From an uncultured delta proteobacterium (GTDB lineage: Bacteria > Myxococcota > UBA727 > VGSZ01): a stretch of 64,000 nucleotides of DNA. Position 1 is the first letter of the stretch, and each line of letters starts with the position of its first letter. The DNA lies in assembly GCA_963775425.1 (NCBI GenBank), contig CAVZJB010000012.1, positions 160,001 to 224,000 of the forward strand, in the 5' to 3' direction. Positions 1 through 9,142 of this stretch are shown here, piece after piece. A program made the translations under genes and the position numbers. The notes under the pieces are model-generated. The model was not told the DNA's origin and made no database searches. It saw only the letters and a list, made by a program, of their open reading frames with translations.

Positions 1-398
1 TCGAAGCCCTTGGCCTGCAGCGCCGCGAGCGCGGTGCGGACGAGCTTCTCGGTGGGGTCGGGGGCGACGCCGTCGAGGAATTTGCGCACCATCGGCTCGG
101 GCTGCGCGCCGGTGAACTGGTCGACGACCTCCCCGTCCTTCACGGCGAACACCGCGGGGATCCCGCGCACGCCGAAGGTCTTCGCCCACGCCGGGTTTTC
201 GTCCGTGTTCACCTTGGCGACGACGAACCTGCCGTTGCCCTCGCCGGCGAGCCGCTCGAGGACGGGGCCGAGCGCGCGACACGGCGCGCACCACGGCGCC
301 CAGAAGTCGACGACCACCGGCCGCGTCTTGCTCTCGGCGAGCACCCGCTCCTCGAAGCTCGCGTCATCCACCTCGACGACGTTCGCGCCCGTTGCCAT
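1..398 (-). CDS. Thioredoxin-domain protein, probably YbbN/CnoX-like (Trx + helical C-terminus); runs off the left edge
   Basis: Not in the ORF track. Manual translation from ATG 398 (GGAGG upstream) gives [45 protein letters not shown]...KVNTDENP...GVRGIPAV...FTGAQPE, and the frame continues past the Trx domain. Confidence 0.85.
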   Translation of the reverse strand, partial: MATGANVVEVDDASFEERVLAESKTRPVVVDFWAPWCAPCRALGPVLERLAGEGNGRFVVAKVNTDENPAWAKTFGVRGIPAVFAVKDGEVVDQFTGAQPEPMVRKFLDGVAPDPTEKLVRTALAALQAKGF

Positions 399-460
399 CG
401 CGACCTCCGTGTAACCGCAAGGTGCTAACGAACGGCTCGTCGCGTTTCAACCGCACGAAC

Positions 461-490
461 GCGAAGCGGGGGCTCTTGCCCCCGCTTCGC
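461..490 (-). terminator. GC-rich hairpin, probable terminator of the 509-1132 gene
   Basis: 13-bp perfect stem gcgaagcgggggc/gcccccgcttcgc with a 4-nt loop just downstream of the stop; U-tract is weak. Confidence 0.55.
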
Positions 491-508
491 CCCTCTCGCG
501 CACCGCGC

Positions 509-1132
509 TCAGTGGTGCTTGTTGCTCGAGCTCGCGTTGCCGTTGCCGTGGCCGCTGTTGCCGTGGCCGCCGTTGCCGTGGCTGTCCTTGCCGGAGTTGT
601 CAGAGCTGCCGTGGGAGTTGCCGTGGCCGGAGTTGCCGTGGTTGCCGTTGGCGCCGTGGTTGGCGTTGCCGGAGTTGCCGTGGTTGCCGTTGGCGCCGTG
701 GTTGGCGTTGCCGTTGCCGCGGCCGTTGTTGGTGTAGCCGTTGCCGCGCCCATTGTCGTGGCCGAGGCCGCTGTTGCCGCCGCGGTGGTCGTTGCCGTGA
801 CCGAGGCCGCCGCCGCGGTGGTCGTTGTCGTGACCGAAGCCGCCGTTGCCGCCGCGGTGGTCGTCGCCACGGGGGCGGGAGGTGTAGTCGTGACCGCGGT
901 CATGGCGTGCGCGCGAGGTGACGACGACCGGGCGCTGGCGGTGCTCCACATAGCTGTGGCCGCGGCGATGGACGACGACCACGTTGTACGACGGCGGCGG
1001 CGCCTCCTCGTAGACCACCTGCGGCGGCGTCTCCACGTAGACGGGCCGCTCGTGCACGTAGCGCGTCGAAACGCAGCCGACGGAGGGGACGATGGCGAGG
1101 GCGAGGAGGAGCAGGGGGCTTCGCGTCATCAT
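509..1132 (-). CDS. Putative lipoprotein with Gly/His/Asn-rich low-complexity tail
   Basis: Signal peptide with a lipobox-like SVGC, a Pro/Val/Tyr-rich segment, then GHDNDHRGG and NANHGANGNHGNSG repeats; followed by a terminator-like hairpin. Confidence 0.65.
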   Translation of the reverse strand: MMTRSPLLLLALAIVPSVGCVSTRYVHERPVYVETPPQVVYEEAPPPSYNVVVVHRRGHSYVEHRQRPVVVTSRARHDRGHDYTSRPRGDDHRGGNGGFGHDNDHRGGGLGHGNDHRGGNSGLGHDNGRGNGYTNNGRGNGNANHGANGNHGNSGNANHGANGNHGNSGHGNSHGSSDNSGKDSHGNGGHGNSGHGNGNASSSNKHH

Positions 1133-1184
1133 GCCGGTCCGACGAAGCGGATCCCGGGATCCTTCACGGGCACCTGCAAAACCC

Positions 1185-1213
1185 TTGAATTCGCCCGCAC
1201 ATGTGAGTACCCC
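1185..1213 (+). promoter_or_regulatory. Candidate sigma70 promoter, leaderless nuoA
   Basis: TTGAAT-17 nt-TACCCC, 8 nt before ATG 1222; no SD sequence. Confidence 0.4.
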
Positions 1214-1221
1214 AGCGACCG

Positions 1222-1575
1222 ATGTCGCCCGTCGGAATGCTCGCCGTCTACCTCGTCGTCGCCGGCGGACTCGTGACCGTCCTCACGCTCCTCGCGGGGC
1301 GCTTGTCGCCGCTCAAGCCCACGCCCACCAAGAGCAAGCCGTACGAGTGCGGCATCTCCGAGCCGCAGCCGATGCAGGCGCGCTGGCCGGTGCGCTTCGC
1401 GCTGGTGGCCATGCTGTTCCTCGTGTTCGACGTGGAGAGCCTGTTCTTCTACCCGTGGGCCGTGCAAATCCGCGAGCTCAAGTGGAACGGCCTGCTCGCC
1501 ATGGGCAGCTTCTTCGCCGTGCTCGGTTGTGGCTACATCTACGCGCGCGGGCGTCACGCGCTCAAGTGGAAGTGA
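1222..1575 (+). CDS. nuoA: NADH-quinone oxidoreductase subunit A
   Basis: [30 protein letters not shown], three TM helices, C-terminal ALKWK. Confidence 0.95.
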   Translation: MSPVGMLAVYLVVAGGLVTVLTLLAGRLSPLKPTPTKSKPYECGISEPQPMQARWPVRFALVAMLFLVFDVESLFFYPWAVQIRELKWNGLLAMGSFFAVLGCGYIYARGRHALKWK

Positions 1576-1579
1576 GCCG

Positions 1580-2215
1580 ATGAAGCGCATCCTCCCGGTC
1601 ATCGGAGCGAGCCCCAGCGCGGACAAGACGGGGACGCCGGAGTGGGCGCTCACGCGCCTCGTCGACTGGGGACGCAAGAGCTCCATCTGGCCGGCGTCGT
1701 TCGGCCTCGCCTGCTGCGCCATCGAGATGATGTCGGCGGGCGGCTCCAAGTTCGACATCGCGCGCTTCGGCAGCGAGCTGTTCCGCGCGTCGCCGCGGCA
1801 GGCCGACCTGATGATCGTGTCGGGCCGCGTCTCGCAGAAGATGGCGCCCGTCCTGCGCGAGGTCTACGACCAGATGCCGGACCCCAAGTGGGTCATCGCC
1901 ATGGGCGACTGCGCGGCGTGCGGCGGCATCTTCAACAACTACGCGATCATCCAGGGCGTCGACCGCATCGTCCCCGTCGACATGTACGTGCCCGGTTGCC
2001 CGCCGCGCCCCGAGGCGCTGCTCGACGGAATCATCAAGCTGCAGGATCGCATTCGCCACGGCCAGAACCGCCGCGACGACGCCGAGCACGGCGGCTACTA
2101 CCGCGACCCGCGCGACGACAGCCCCGTGTTCTTCAGCGAGCTCGAGAAAGGCGGCGCGCGCGACGCCCGCCGCGGTGAGCACCCCTTCGACGAGAGCAAG
2201 AATGACGAGCGGTGA
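1580..2215 (+). CDS. nuoB: NADH-quinone oxidoreductase subunit B
   Basis: [42 protein letters not shown] (N2 cluster ligands); start at ATG 1580 just after the nuoA stop. Confidence 0.97.
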   Translation: MKRILPVIGASPSADKTGTPEWALTRLVDWGRKSSIWPASFGLACCAIEMMSAGGSKFDIARFGSELFRASPRQADLMIVSGRVSQKMAPVLREVYDQMPDPKWVIAMGDCAACGGIFNNYAIIQGVDRIVPVDMYVPGCPPRPEALLDGIIKLQDRIRHGQNRRDDAEHGGYYRDPRDDSPVFFSELEKGGARDARRGEHPFDESKNDER

Positions 2216-2732
2216 CGACCACACCGGCCCGGTCTCCGCGGACGCCGAGCACAACGACAAGCCGACGCTCGCCGCGCGTCTGCGCACCCGCGTCAGCGAC
2301 GCCGCCGAGGCCGCCACCAGGGACGGCATCGACACCGTCGACGTCCCCCGCGAGCGCTGGGCCGAGGCCGCGCAGGCGCTGCGCGACCACGAGGGCTTCG
2401 TCCGCTTCATCGACCTCACCGTCGTCGACGACCCGGACCACGCGCTGCGCTTCGAGGTCCACCTCGTCTTGTACTCGATGAACGAGAAGCGCTGGGGCCG
2501 CCTGCGCACGCGCACCGGCGAGAAGCTCGCGAGCGTCACGCCGCTGTTCCTCGGCGCGCACAACTACGAGCGCGAGGTCTTCGACCTGTACGGCGTGGTG
2601 TTCGACGGCCACCCGCGCCTCACGCGCATCCTGCTGCCCGACGGGTGGAAGGGCCACCCGCTCCGCCGCGACGAAGCGATGGTGCTCGAGCCCACCGACT
2701 TCACCGTCACCCGCGACCTCTACAAGACGTGA
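2202..2732 (+). CDS. nuoC: NADH-quinone oxidoreductase subunit C
   Basis: [35 protein letters not shown] motif. Confidence 0.93.
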   Translation: MTSGDDHTGPVSADAEHNDKPTLAARLRTRVSDAAEAATRDGIDTVDVPRERWAEAAQALRDHEGFVRFIDLTVVDDPDHALRFEVHLVLYSMNEKRWGRLRTRTGEKLASVTPLFLGAHNYEREVFDLYGVVFDGHPRLTRILLPDGWKGHPLRRDEAMVLEPTDFTVTRDLYKT

Positions 2733-2987
2733 CTTTGCGCGCTGGCGCGCGCGAGCAGCCGGCCCTCCGGGCCCCCCGCGCTGCGCGCGGGTCGAGCTGA
2801 CCCGCCGCTACCTGGAGCACCGTCCTTGCGGCCGCGCCCACGCCCAAGCGGCGACCCGACCGCGACCGCGACCCTGCGCGACGCGCTCCCGCGCCCGCCC
2901 GCCCGCGGTCTGCCGGCTCTGCACGCACCAGCGGGAGCGGACGCGTGCGCGTGCAGCGAACGCGACCTCCGGCGGCGCATCCTCCAC

Positions 2988-3047
2988 TTGACCGATGGGT
3001 GTGGTGTGATGTAAGACACCCGCCCACACGATTTCTCAGTCAAAGGA
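2988..3047 (+). promoter_or_regulatory. Internal promoter and RBS upstream of the orphan gene inside the nuo cluster
   Basis: TTGACC (2988-2993), 18 nt, TAAGAC; AT-rich stretch; AAAGGA SD before ATG 3057; gggtgt/acaccc inverted repeat over the -10. Confidence 0.45.
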
Positions 3048-3056
3048 AATATCCCC

Positions 3057-3401
3057 ATGAAGATCTATGGCAACAGCCGCTCCGACGGCTTCACGATGTT
3101 CGTCGTCCTCGTCTCGGCGGTGTTCATCGGCAGCGGCTTCCTGCTGTCGATGTTCGGCGGCCTCGCGCTGCTCGTCGCGGTGCCGGTCATGCTCGCGCTC
3201 GTGGCGCTCATGGTCGTGCGCGCGCGCAAGTGGGACGTGATGTCCGAGGCCCCGGCCGTCGCCGTCGTCGCGGGCCCCGTGCTCACGACGTTCCCGGTCA
3301 AGGCGGACACCGAGGCCGTGGCCACGAGCGGCGCCACCGTGCTGCCGCTGCCCGTCGACAAGCCCAAGAGCGCCGTCGAGACCAACACCGCCGTTGCGTG
3401 A
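3057..3401 (+). CDS. Hypothetical small membrane protein (two TM helices) between nuoC and nuoD
   Basis: Good SD, GC3-rich codons, long hydrophobic hairpin at about residues 13-53. Confidence 0.7.
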   Translation: MKIYGNSRSDGFTMFVVLVSAVFIGSGFLLSMFGGLALLVAVPVMLALVALMVVRARKWDVMSEAPAVAVVAGPVLTTFPVKADTEAVATSGATVLPLPVDKPKSAVETNTAVA

Positions 3402-3428
3402 GGCTGGTCGTCGTGCGAGGCGCGACAC

Positions 3429-4625
3429 ATGGCTGAAGCGGAAGCGGACGCGGAGCACCTGCTCCACGTGAACATGGGCCCGCAGCACCCGTCGACGCAC
3501 GGCGTGCTGCGGGTCGAGCTCGTTTTGGACGGCGAGATCGTGCGGTCTTGCAGGCCCGTCATGGGCTACCTGCACACGGGGATGGAGAAGACCTGCGAGG
3601 CAAAGACCTGGGTGCAGGCGCTCACGATCACCGATCGCATGGACTACCTGAACCCGCTCGGGAACAACCTCGCCTACTCCCTCGCCGTCGAGAAGCTGTT
3701 CGGGTGCGCCATCCCCGAGCGCGCGCAGGTGGGCCGCGTGTTGCTCGCCGAGCTCACGCGCATCAACTCGCACCTGGTGTCCATCGGCTCCGGCTCCATC
3801 GACCTCGGCGTCACCTCGGTCTTTCTGTACTGCCTGCGCGAGCGCGAGAAGGTCCTCGAGCTGTTCGAGATCCTCGCGGGCGCGCGCATGATGACGTCGT
3901 TCATCCGTCCCGGCGGCCTCGCCCACGACATGGACGAGGACTGGCTCCAGCGCTGCCGCGCCTTCATCGACGAGATGCCCCGCCGCATCGACGAGTACGA
4001 GCAGATCGTCACCGACAACCCGTTCTTCCGCGAGCGCACCATCGGCATCGGCGTCCTCAAGGCCGACGATGCCATCAAGCTCGGCGTCTCCGGTCCCCTG
4101 CTCCGCGCGGCCGGCGTGCCCCACGACCTGAGAAGGACCAACCCGTATACGGGCTACGAGCGCTTCGACTTCAAGGTCTGCACCGAGGAGGCCGCCGACT
4201 GCTACGCCCGCTACAAGGTGCGCGTGGCGGAGCTGCGCGAGGCCGTGAAGATCTGCGACCAGGCGCTGAAGCTGCTCACCACGTCGGCCAAGGGGCCCGT
4301 GCAGACCGCGGACCGAAGAATCGTCCCGCCGCCGCGCGCCGAGCTCGCGAAGTCGATGGAGGCCGTCATCCATCACTTCAAGCTGTGGACCGAGGGCATG
4401 AAGCCCCCCGCCGGCGAGGCCTACGCCGCCACCGAGAGCCCGCGCGGCGAGCTCGGCTTCTTCGTCGCCAGCGACGGCACCGGCAGGCCCCAGCGGGTGC
4501 GCTGCCGGGCGCCGTCGTTCTGCAACGTCCAGGCGATCGAGATCATGGCCAAGGGCCACCTCGTCGCCGACCTCGTCGCCATCATCGCCACCATCGACCC
4601 CGTCATGGGCGAAGTCAATCGCTGA
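3429..4625 (+). CDS. nuoD: NADH-quinone oxidoreductase subunit D
   Basis: NMGPQHPSTHGVLR, GYLHTGMEK, DRMDY, ESPRGELG, DPVMGEVNR. Confidence 0.97.
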   Translation: MAEAEADAEHLLHVNMGPQHPSTHGVLRVELVLDGEIVRSCRPVMGYLHTGMEKTCEAKTWVQALTITDRMDYLNPLGNNLAYSLAVEKLFGCAIPERAQVGRVLLAELTRINSHLVSIGSGSIDLGVTSVFLYCLREREKVLELFEILAGARMMTSFIRPGGLAHDMDEDWLQRCRAFIDEMPRRIDEYEQIVTDNPFFRERTIGIGVLKADDAIKLGVSGPLLRAAGVPHDLRRTNPYTGYERFDFKVCTEEAADCYARYKVRVAELREAVKICDQALKLLTTSAKGPVQTADRRIVPPPRAELAKSMEAVIHHFKLWTEGMKPPAGEAYAATESPRGELGFFVASDGTGRPQRVRCRAPSFCNVQAIEIMAKGHLVADLVAIIATIDPVMGEVNR

Positions 4626-4648
4626 CGCACAACCGCGAGGCCGTCGGC

Positions 4649-4696
4649 CCGGCGCGCTCCGCGCCCCGTGGACCGGCGCGCACCGCGCCCCGTGGA
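4649..4696. repeat. 24-bp tandem duplication (1 mismatch) in the convergent intergenic region
   Basis: ccggcgcgctccgcgccccgtgga followed directly by ccggcgcgcaccgcgccccgtgga. Confidence 0.7.
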
Positions 4697-4727
4697 GAGG
4701 ACGCGGCCGCGCCGTGTCGACGCGCGC

Positions 4728-6101
4728 TCAGTCGCCGCCGGTGCTGCTGTAGAAGACCGCGCCGTGGTCGCCGCCGACCCAGATGTTGTTGTTGTCGAGG
4801 GCGAAGCCCGTGTAGATGCGGCCGAAGGTGCCGAAGGGCGGCGCGTCGTCCATGGCCGCCTGCAGCGCGCCGAGCGCGCCCACCGGGGCCCAGGTGTCGC
4901 CGGCGTCGGAGGTCTTCAGGAGGAACGCGCCGCCGCTGCCGATCTGGCCACCGGCCCAGCCGTGCGTGCCGTCGGGGGCGAAGAAGATCGTGGCGATGGC
5001 GACGACGTTGCCGGTGGCGAGCGCAGGCAGCGTGGTGGCCGACCAGGTCGCGCCGCCGTCGATCGTCTTGAAGATGGTGCTGGCGCCGCCGGCGCCGAAG
5101 CTCGAGTCCCCGACGGCGACGAAGCCGACCGTGTTCGAGGTCATGAGCGCCACCGACGGGCCGACCGCGTTGGCGTTGTCCGCGTCGACGCCGGCCAGGT
5201 CCTTGATCTGGAAGCTGGTCCCGCCGTCGCTGCTCACGCAGGCGAAGTAGGCGTCGTCGATGTCCTTGCTCCGGCCCACGTACACCACGGTGTTGCCGTC
5301 AGGCGTGACGCTGCTGATCTCGTAGGAGTTTTCGGTGCGGCGGTCGCGCGGGCCGACGTCGCAGTCACCGGTCGGGATGGGGTTCGGGTTCGTCGGGTTC
5401 GCCTCGGGCGCCCAGGTCTCGGTGTACAGCGTGGTCGGCCCCGGCGGATCGGTCGAGGTGTTCACGACGCCAGAGCCGAACATCTCCACGAAGCCACTCG
5501 GTGTCTGGAAGAAGCCGGCGAGCGAGGCGAGGCCATAGGAGGAGTTGGTGTCCACGGCGTTGAACGTGGCGAAGTGGTCGTCGCTGGTGAACACGGCTGA
5601 GCCGGTGTCGAGCGCGACGGTGATGTTCGTCGACGTGGGGGTGATGCCCATGACGCCGAAGTCGCCGAGGGAGCCGCCCGGCGGGTCCGTGAAGTTGGTG
5701 TCGTCGAACGCGAAGTCCGTGATCTGCGTTGCCGAGGCCTTGTAGAGCGCGCCGACGCCCGAGCCACGCGTGCCGATGAAGCCGCTGTCGGTGGACTCGA
5801 AGTAGATGGCGGTGACGTCGTCGGTGTCGTGGGCGGTGTTGACGCTGTCGAGCACCGTCAGCGTGGTCCAGGGATCGCCTTCGCCCTCGCCCTCGCCTTC
5901 GCCCTCGCCTTCGCCCTCGCCTTCGCCCTCGCCCTCGCCTTCGCCTTCGCCTTCGCCTTCGCCTTCGCCTTCGCCTTCGCCTTCGCCTTCGCCTTCGCCT
6001 TCGCCTTCGCCTTCGCCTTCGCCGGGGCAGGCGCACACGAACAGGAGGGGGGACGCGACCAGAAGCGGAACAATGAAACGCAACATGGGGAACCTCGTCA
6101 T
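4728..6101 (-). CDS. Lipoprotein with (GE)24 linker and BNR/Asp-box (YCF48/sialidase-like) beta-propeller
   Basis: Signal peptide ending VCAC, GE tract, Asp-boxes SSDGGTSF, TIDGGATW, TSDAGDTW, TSDDHFATF; start is ATG 6101 or 6086. Confidence 0.8.
   Translation of the reverse strand: MTRFPMLRFIVPLLVASPLLFVCACPGEGEGEGEGEGEGEGEGEGEGEGEGEGEGEGEGEGEGEGEGEGEGEGEGDPWTTLTVLDSVNTAHDTDDVTAIYFESTDSGFIGTRGSGVGALYKASATQITDFAFDDTNFTDPPGGSLGDFGVMGITPTSTNITVALDTGSAVFTSDDHFATFNAVDTNSSYGLASLAGFFQTPSGFVEMFGSGVVNTSTDPPGPTTLYTETWAPEANPTNPNPIPTGDCDVGPRDRRTENSYEISSVTPDGNTVVYVGRSKDIDDAYFACVSSDGGTSFQIKDLAGVDADNANAVGPSVALMTSNTVGFVAVGDSSFGAGGASTIFKTIDGGATWSATTLPALATGNVVAIATIFFAPDGTHGWAGGQIGSGGAFLLKTSDAGDTWAPVGALGALQAAMDDAPPFGTFGRIYTGFALDNNNIWVGGDHGAVFYSSTGGD
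5877..6023 (-). repeat. Hexanucleotide tandem repeat (GGCGAR)n encoding (Gly-Glu)24-Gly
   Basis: Read directly; the GAA and GAG variants occur in blocks. Confidence 0.95.
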
Positions 6102-6237
6102 GGGCGCGAAGGATGGCGCCGCACGGGGGGTGCGCGCAACGGGGATTTGGCCGGCGCGGGCGCGCCGCCGCGCGGATCGGTTCACGGGGAGGCACAGGTG
6201 AGACGGCTCGCCCCCCGCGCGCCTACAATCGGGGAAC

Positions 6238-7800
6238 ATGAGGATCGCGGGCTATGACGTCGAGGGTCACCTCGGCGCCGGCGGCATGAGCCAGGTGTGG
6301 CTTGCGCGGGGGAGCGCGGGCCTCGTCGTGCTCAAGCGGCAGCTCAACCCCGCCGACGACGTGAGGCTGCGGGACGAGGCGCGGGTGGGGATGCGGATGC
6401 GTCACCCGTGCGTGGTGCAGACCCTCGACCTCGTCGAGCACGAGGGGCGGCCGGTGCTCGTGCTCGAGTACGTCGCGGGAGCGTCGCTGGTGGCGCTGCG
6501 CAAGCGGGGCCCGATGGCGCCCGCGGCGGTCTGCCGGATCGGGGCCGACATCGCCGAGGGGCTCGCGGCGTTGCACGACGCCGTCGACGAGGAGGGGCGC
6601 CCGCTGCGCTGCCTGCACCGGGACGTGTCGCCGTCGAACATCATCGTGTCCCACGACGGGCGCGCGCGGCTCATCGACCTCGGCATCGCGCGCTTCTCGG
6701 ACGCCGGCGCGGAGCGCACGAGGACGGGCGAGCTCCGCGGGACCATCCGCTACCTGGCGCCGGAGTTGTTCGAGGCCAAACCGCATACGCCGCAGACGGA
6801 CCTGTGGGCGCTCGGCGTCTGTTTGTTCGAGGCGGCGCTCGGGCGGCCGTCGGTGACCGGGCCCGAGGCGGTGATGCTGGCGACGGTGGTGCGCGGGCGT
6901 TTGTTCGATCTGCAGCCGGGCGAGGCGCTGCCGGGCCCGGTGGGCGCCGCCCTCGGGCGCCTGTGCGCCCCCGAGGGCGAACGGCTGCCGGGCGCGCTCG
7001 CCGCCGTGCGCGCGCTTCGCGACGCCGAGCGCGCGTACGGGGACGGGCGCGCGGCCGCTTCGCGCGCGGTGTACGCCGTGGTCGGGGGCGAGCCGCCGCC
7101 GAGCGACGACGACGTCCGCGGCGCCCTCGAGGAAAACCCCTTCACGCGCTTCGCCGCCACGACGTACTGCGGCGTCGACGACGACAATCTCTTTGGCGAC
7201 ATCGCCGTCGCCACCGCGGCGACCCCCTCGGCGGCGTTCGACGTGCCCGCGCCGGTGACGGTGCTGGCGGAGCCGCTGTCGGTGCCGCCCTCGACGTCGC
7301 CGGGCGCGCAGCCCGCGCACCGCACCGGCTGGGAGATCCCGTCGCCGATCACCGGCGGCGACCCGCTCGTCCACGTCGAGGAGGAGCCTCCCGCGGAGGT
7401 CCCCGCGCCCTCCCACGACGACGAGCTCGCGGACCTCCACCGCAGCGCCGTGGGGAGCTGGATCCCGGCCGCCGCCGCCCTCGGCGTCGTCGTCCTCGTG
7501 GTCGTCGCCGTCGTGGTCTTCCTGCGCTCCCGCACCTCGCCGGAGCCCGCGAGCGCCTCGGCCACCGTCGAGGCCCCCGCCGCCCCCTCCGCTCCCACCG
7601 GCAGCGCCGCGCCCGGCGACGACGGCGCCGCGCTCATCGACGGCGCCGCTCCCGCAGGCGGCGCCGCTCCCGCACAAGGCGCCGCCCCCTCCGAAAGCGC
7701 CGCCCCTGCGGACGACGGCGCTGCAGCCGCAGACGGCGCCGCCGACGCTGCCGCTCGTGGGGCACCCGCGACCGCGCCTGCATCGTCGCCGTCGCCGTAA
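6238..7800 (+). CDS. Membrane-anchored Hanks-type Ser/Thr protein kinase
   Basis: LGAGGMSQV, VVLKR, HRDVSPSN, DLGIA, YLAPE, DLWALG; one TM helix followed by an Ala/Pro-rich tail. Confidence 0.92.
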   Translation: MRIAGYDVEGHLGAGGMSQVWLARGSAGLVVLKRQLNPADDVRLRDEARVGMRMRHPCVVQTLDLVEHEGRPVLVLEYVAGASLVALRKRGPMAPAAVCRIGADIAEGLAALHDAVDEEGRPLRCLHRDVSPSNIIVSHDGRARLIDLGIARFSDAGAERTRTGELRGTIRYLAPELFEAKPHTPQTDLWALGVCLFEAALGRPSVTGPEAVMLATVVRGRLFDLQPGEALPGPVGAALGRLCAPEGERLPGALAAVRALRDAERAYGDGRAAASRAVYAVVGGEPPPSDDDVRGALEENPFTRFAATTYCGVDDDNLFGDIAVATAATPSAAFDVPAPVTVLAEPLSVPPSTSPGAQPAHRTGWEIPSPITGGDPLVHVEEEPPAEVPAPSHDDELADLHRSAVGSWIPAAAALGVVVLVVVAVVVFLRSRTSPEPASASATVEAPAAPSAPTGSAAPGDDGAALIDGAAPAGGAAPAQGAAPSESAAPADDGAAAADGAADAAARGAPATAPASSPSP

Positions 7801-7999
7801 GGGCCCTCGTCGCGAGATTGCGGCGCCGAGCGTGGCAGCGGCGCTTCAGCTTCATTTCGCGTCGTCGCACGAATGCACGCGCTTGCTTCACATCGGACTC
7901 GAGCGACGCATGTTCGACCTGTCCTCGACGATAAACGCCGTCGAGCGCAACTGGATCTGCGTGGCCGCTGTTGGTGTCAATCGCTCCATTCCCCCCACG

Positions 8000-9142
8000 A
8001 TGAAGCTGACAAGCACACAGCGCGAAAGGGTCGATGCGACATATGAGTTCGCCCGCGCGCGCTTGTCGATCGGTGCGCGCGACCGTGACGCGAAGGGCCT
8101 CTTCGATCGCAAGGTGTGGCAAGAGGCCGCGGACTTCGGACTGACCGGCCTGCCCATCCCGGAGGAGCTCGGCGGCAGCGGCCTCGACGCCCTCGACACC
8201 GCTCTGGTCGTCGAGGCGCTCGGCCGAGGCTGTGAAGACGGCGGCCTCGTCTTTTCGTTGTGCGCACACATGTTCGCCTCCGCCGTGCCCATCTGGCGAT
8301 CGAAGGCGCAGCTCCACCACGACCGCTATCTGCGGGACATCGCGTCGGGAAAGCTCATTTGCTGCAACGGCACGAGCGAATCCGGAGCGGGCTCCGACGT
8401 GTACGCGATGAAGACCACCGCGCGGCGCGTGGGGAGCGAGTACGTCATCGACGGCAGCAAGGTGTTCATCACGAACGCGCCGGTGGCAGACCTGTTCCTC
8501 ATCTATGCGGTCACCGATCCCGGGCGCGGCTACTTCGGCATCTCCGCCTTCCTCTTGCCGCGCGACACGCCGGGGCTGCGCGTTGCGCGCGGAGACACCC
8601 GCAGCGGGCTGAGAACGTCGCCGTGGGGCACCGTCTACCTCGACGAGTGCGCGGTGCCGGAGAGCGCGCGCGTCGGCGCCGAGGGCGCGGGCGCCACGCT
8701 GTTCAACGACTCCATGATCTGGGAGCGCGGCTGCCTGTTCGCGTACTACGTCGGCGCGATGGAGCGGAGCCTCGCCCGCTGCGTCGAGCACGCGCGCGAG
8801 CGAACGCAATTCGGACGCCCGATCGGCACCAATCAATCCGTGGCGAATCGACTCATCGATATGAAGCTGCGCATCGAGACGAGCCGCATGCTGCTCCACC
8901 ACGCGTGCGCGCTGCACGGCTCGGGACAGCGGTGCGACAGCGCCGTCGCCATGAGCAAGTTGTGGATCTCCGAGGCGGCGGTCCAAAGCGGCCTCGACGC
9001 GGTGCAGATCTTCGGCGGGACAGGGGTAGCGACTGAAACCGGCATTGACGCCTTGCTGCGCGACGCCATTCCGGCGCGCATCTTCTCGGGCACGTCAGAG
9101 ATGCAGCGCGCGATCATTGCCAAAGACATGGGGTTGCCATGA
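8000..9142 (+). CDS. L-prolyl-carrier protein dehydrogenase (PltE/RedW/PigA/AnaB-like acyl-CoA dehydrogenase)
   Basis: ACAD motifs SESGAGSD, GSKVFITNAP, RTQFGRPIG. C-terminal RIFSGTSEMQR lacks the MCAD-type Glu, and WERG supplies the alternative base. GLVFSLCAHMFA segment; adjacent to A and PCP genes. Confidence 0.85.
   Translation: MKLTSTQRERVDATYEFARARLSIGARDRDAKGLFDRKVWQEAADFGLTGLPIPEELGGSGLDALDTALVVEALGRGCEDGGLVFSLCAHMFASAVPIWRSKAQLHHDRYLRDIASGKLICCNGTSESGAGSDVYAMKTTARRVGSEYVIDGSKVFITNAPVADLFLIYAVTDPGRGYFGISAFLLPRDTPGLRVARGDTRSGLRTSPWGTVYLDECAVPESARVGAEGAGATLFNDSMIWERGCLFAYYVGAMERSLARCVEHARERTQFGRPIGTNQSVANRLIDMKLRIETSRMLLHHACALHGSGQRCDSAVAMSKLWISEAAVQSGLDAVQIFGGTGVATETGIDALLRDAIPARIFSGTSEMQRAIIAKDMGLP

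Noticed and set aside
392-1276. 294-aa Val/Ala hydrophobic ORF on + and Thr/Ala ORF on -
   Set aside because: Alternative frames of the Gly/His/Asn repeat gene, which has a signal peptide and a downstream hairpin.
5806-6257. (SP)n, (AF)n and (AK)n ORFs over the hexamer repeat
   Set aside because: Alternative readings of the GE repeat; only the GE frame has a signal peptide and a downstream domain.
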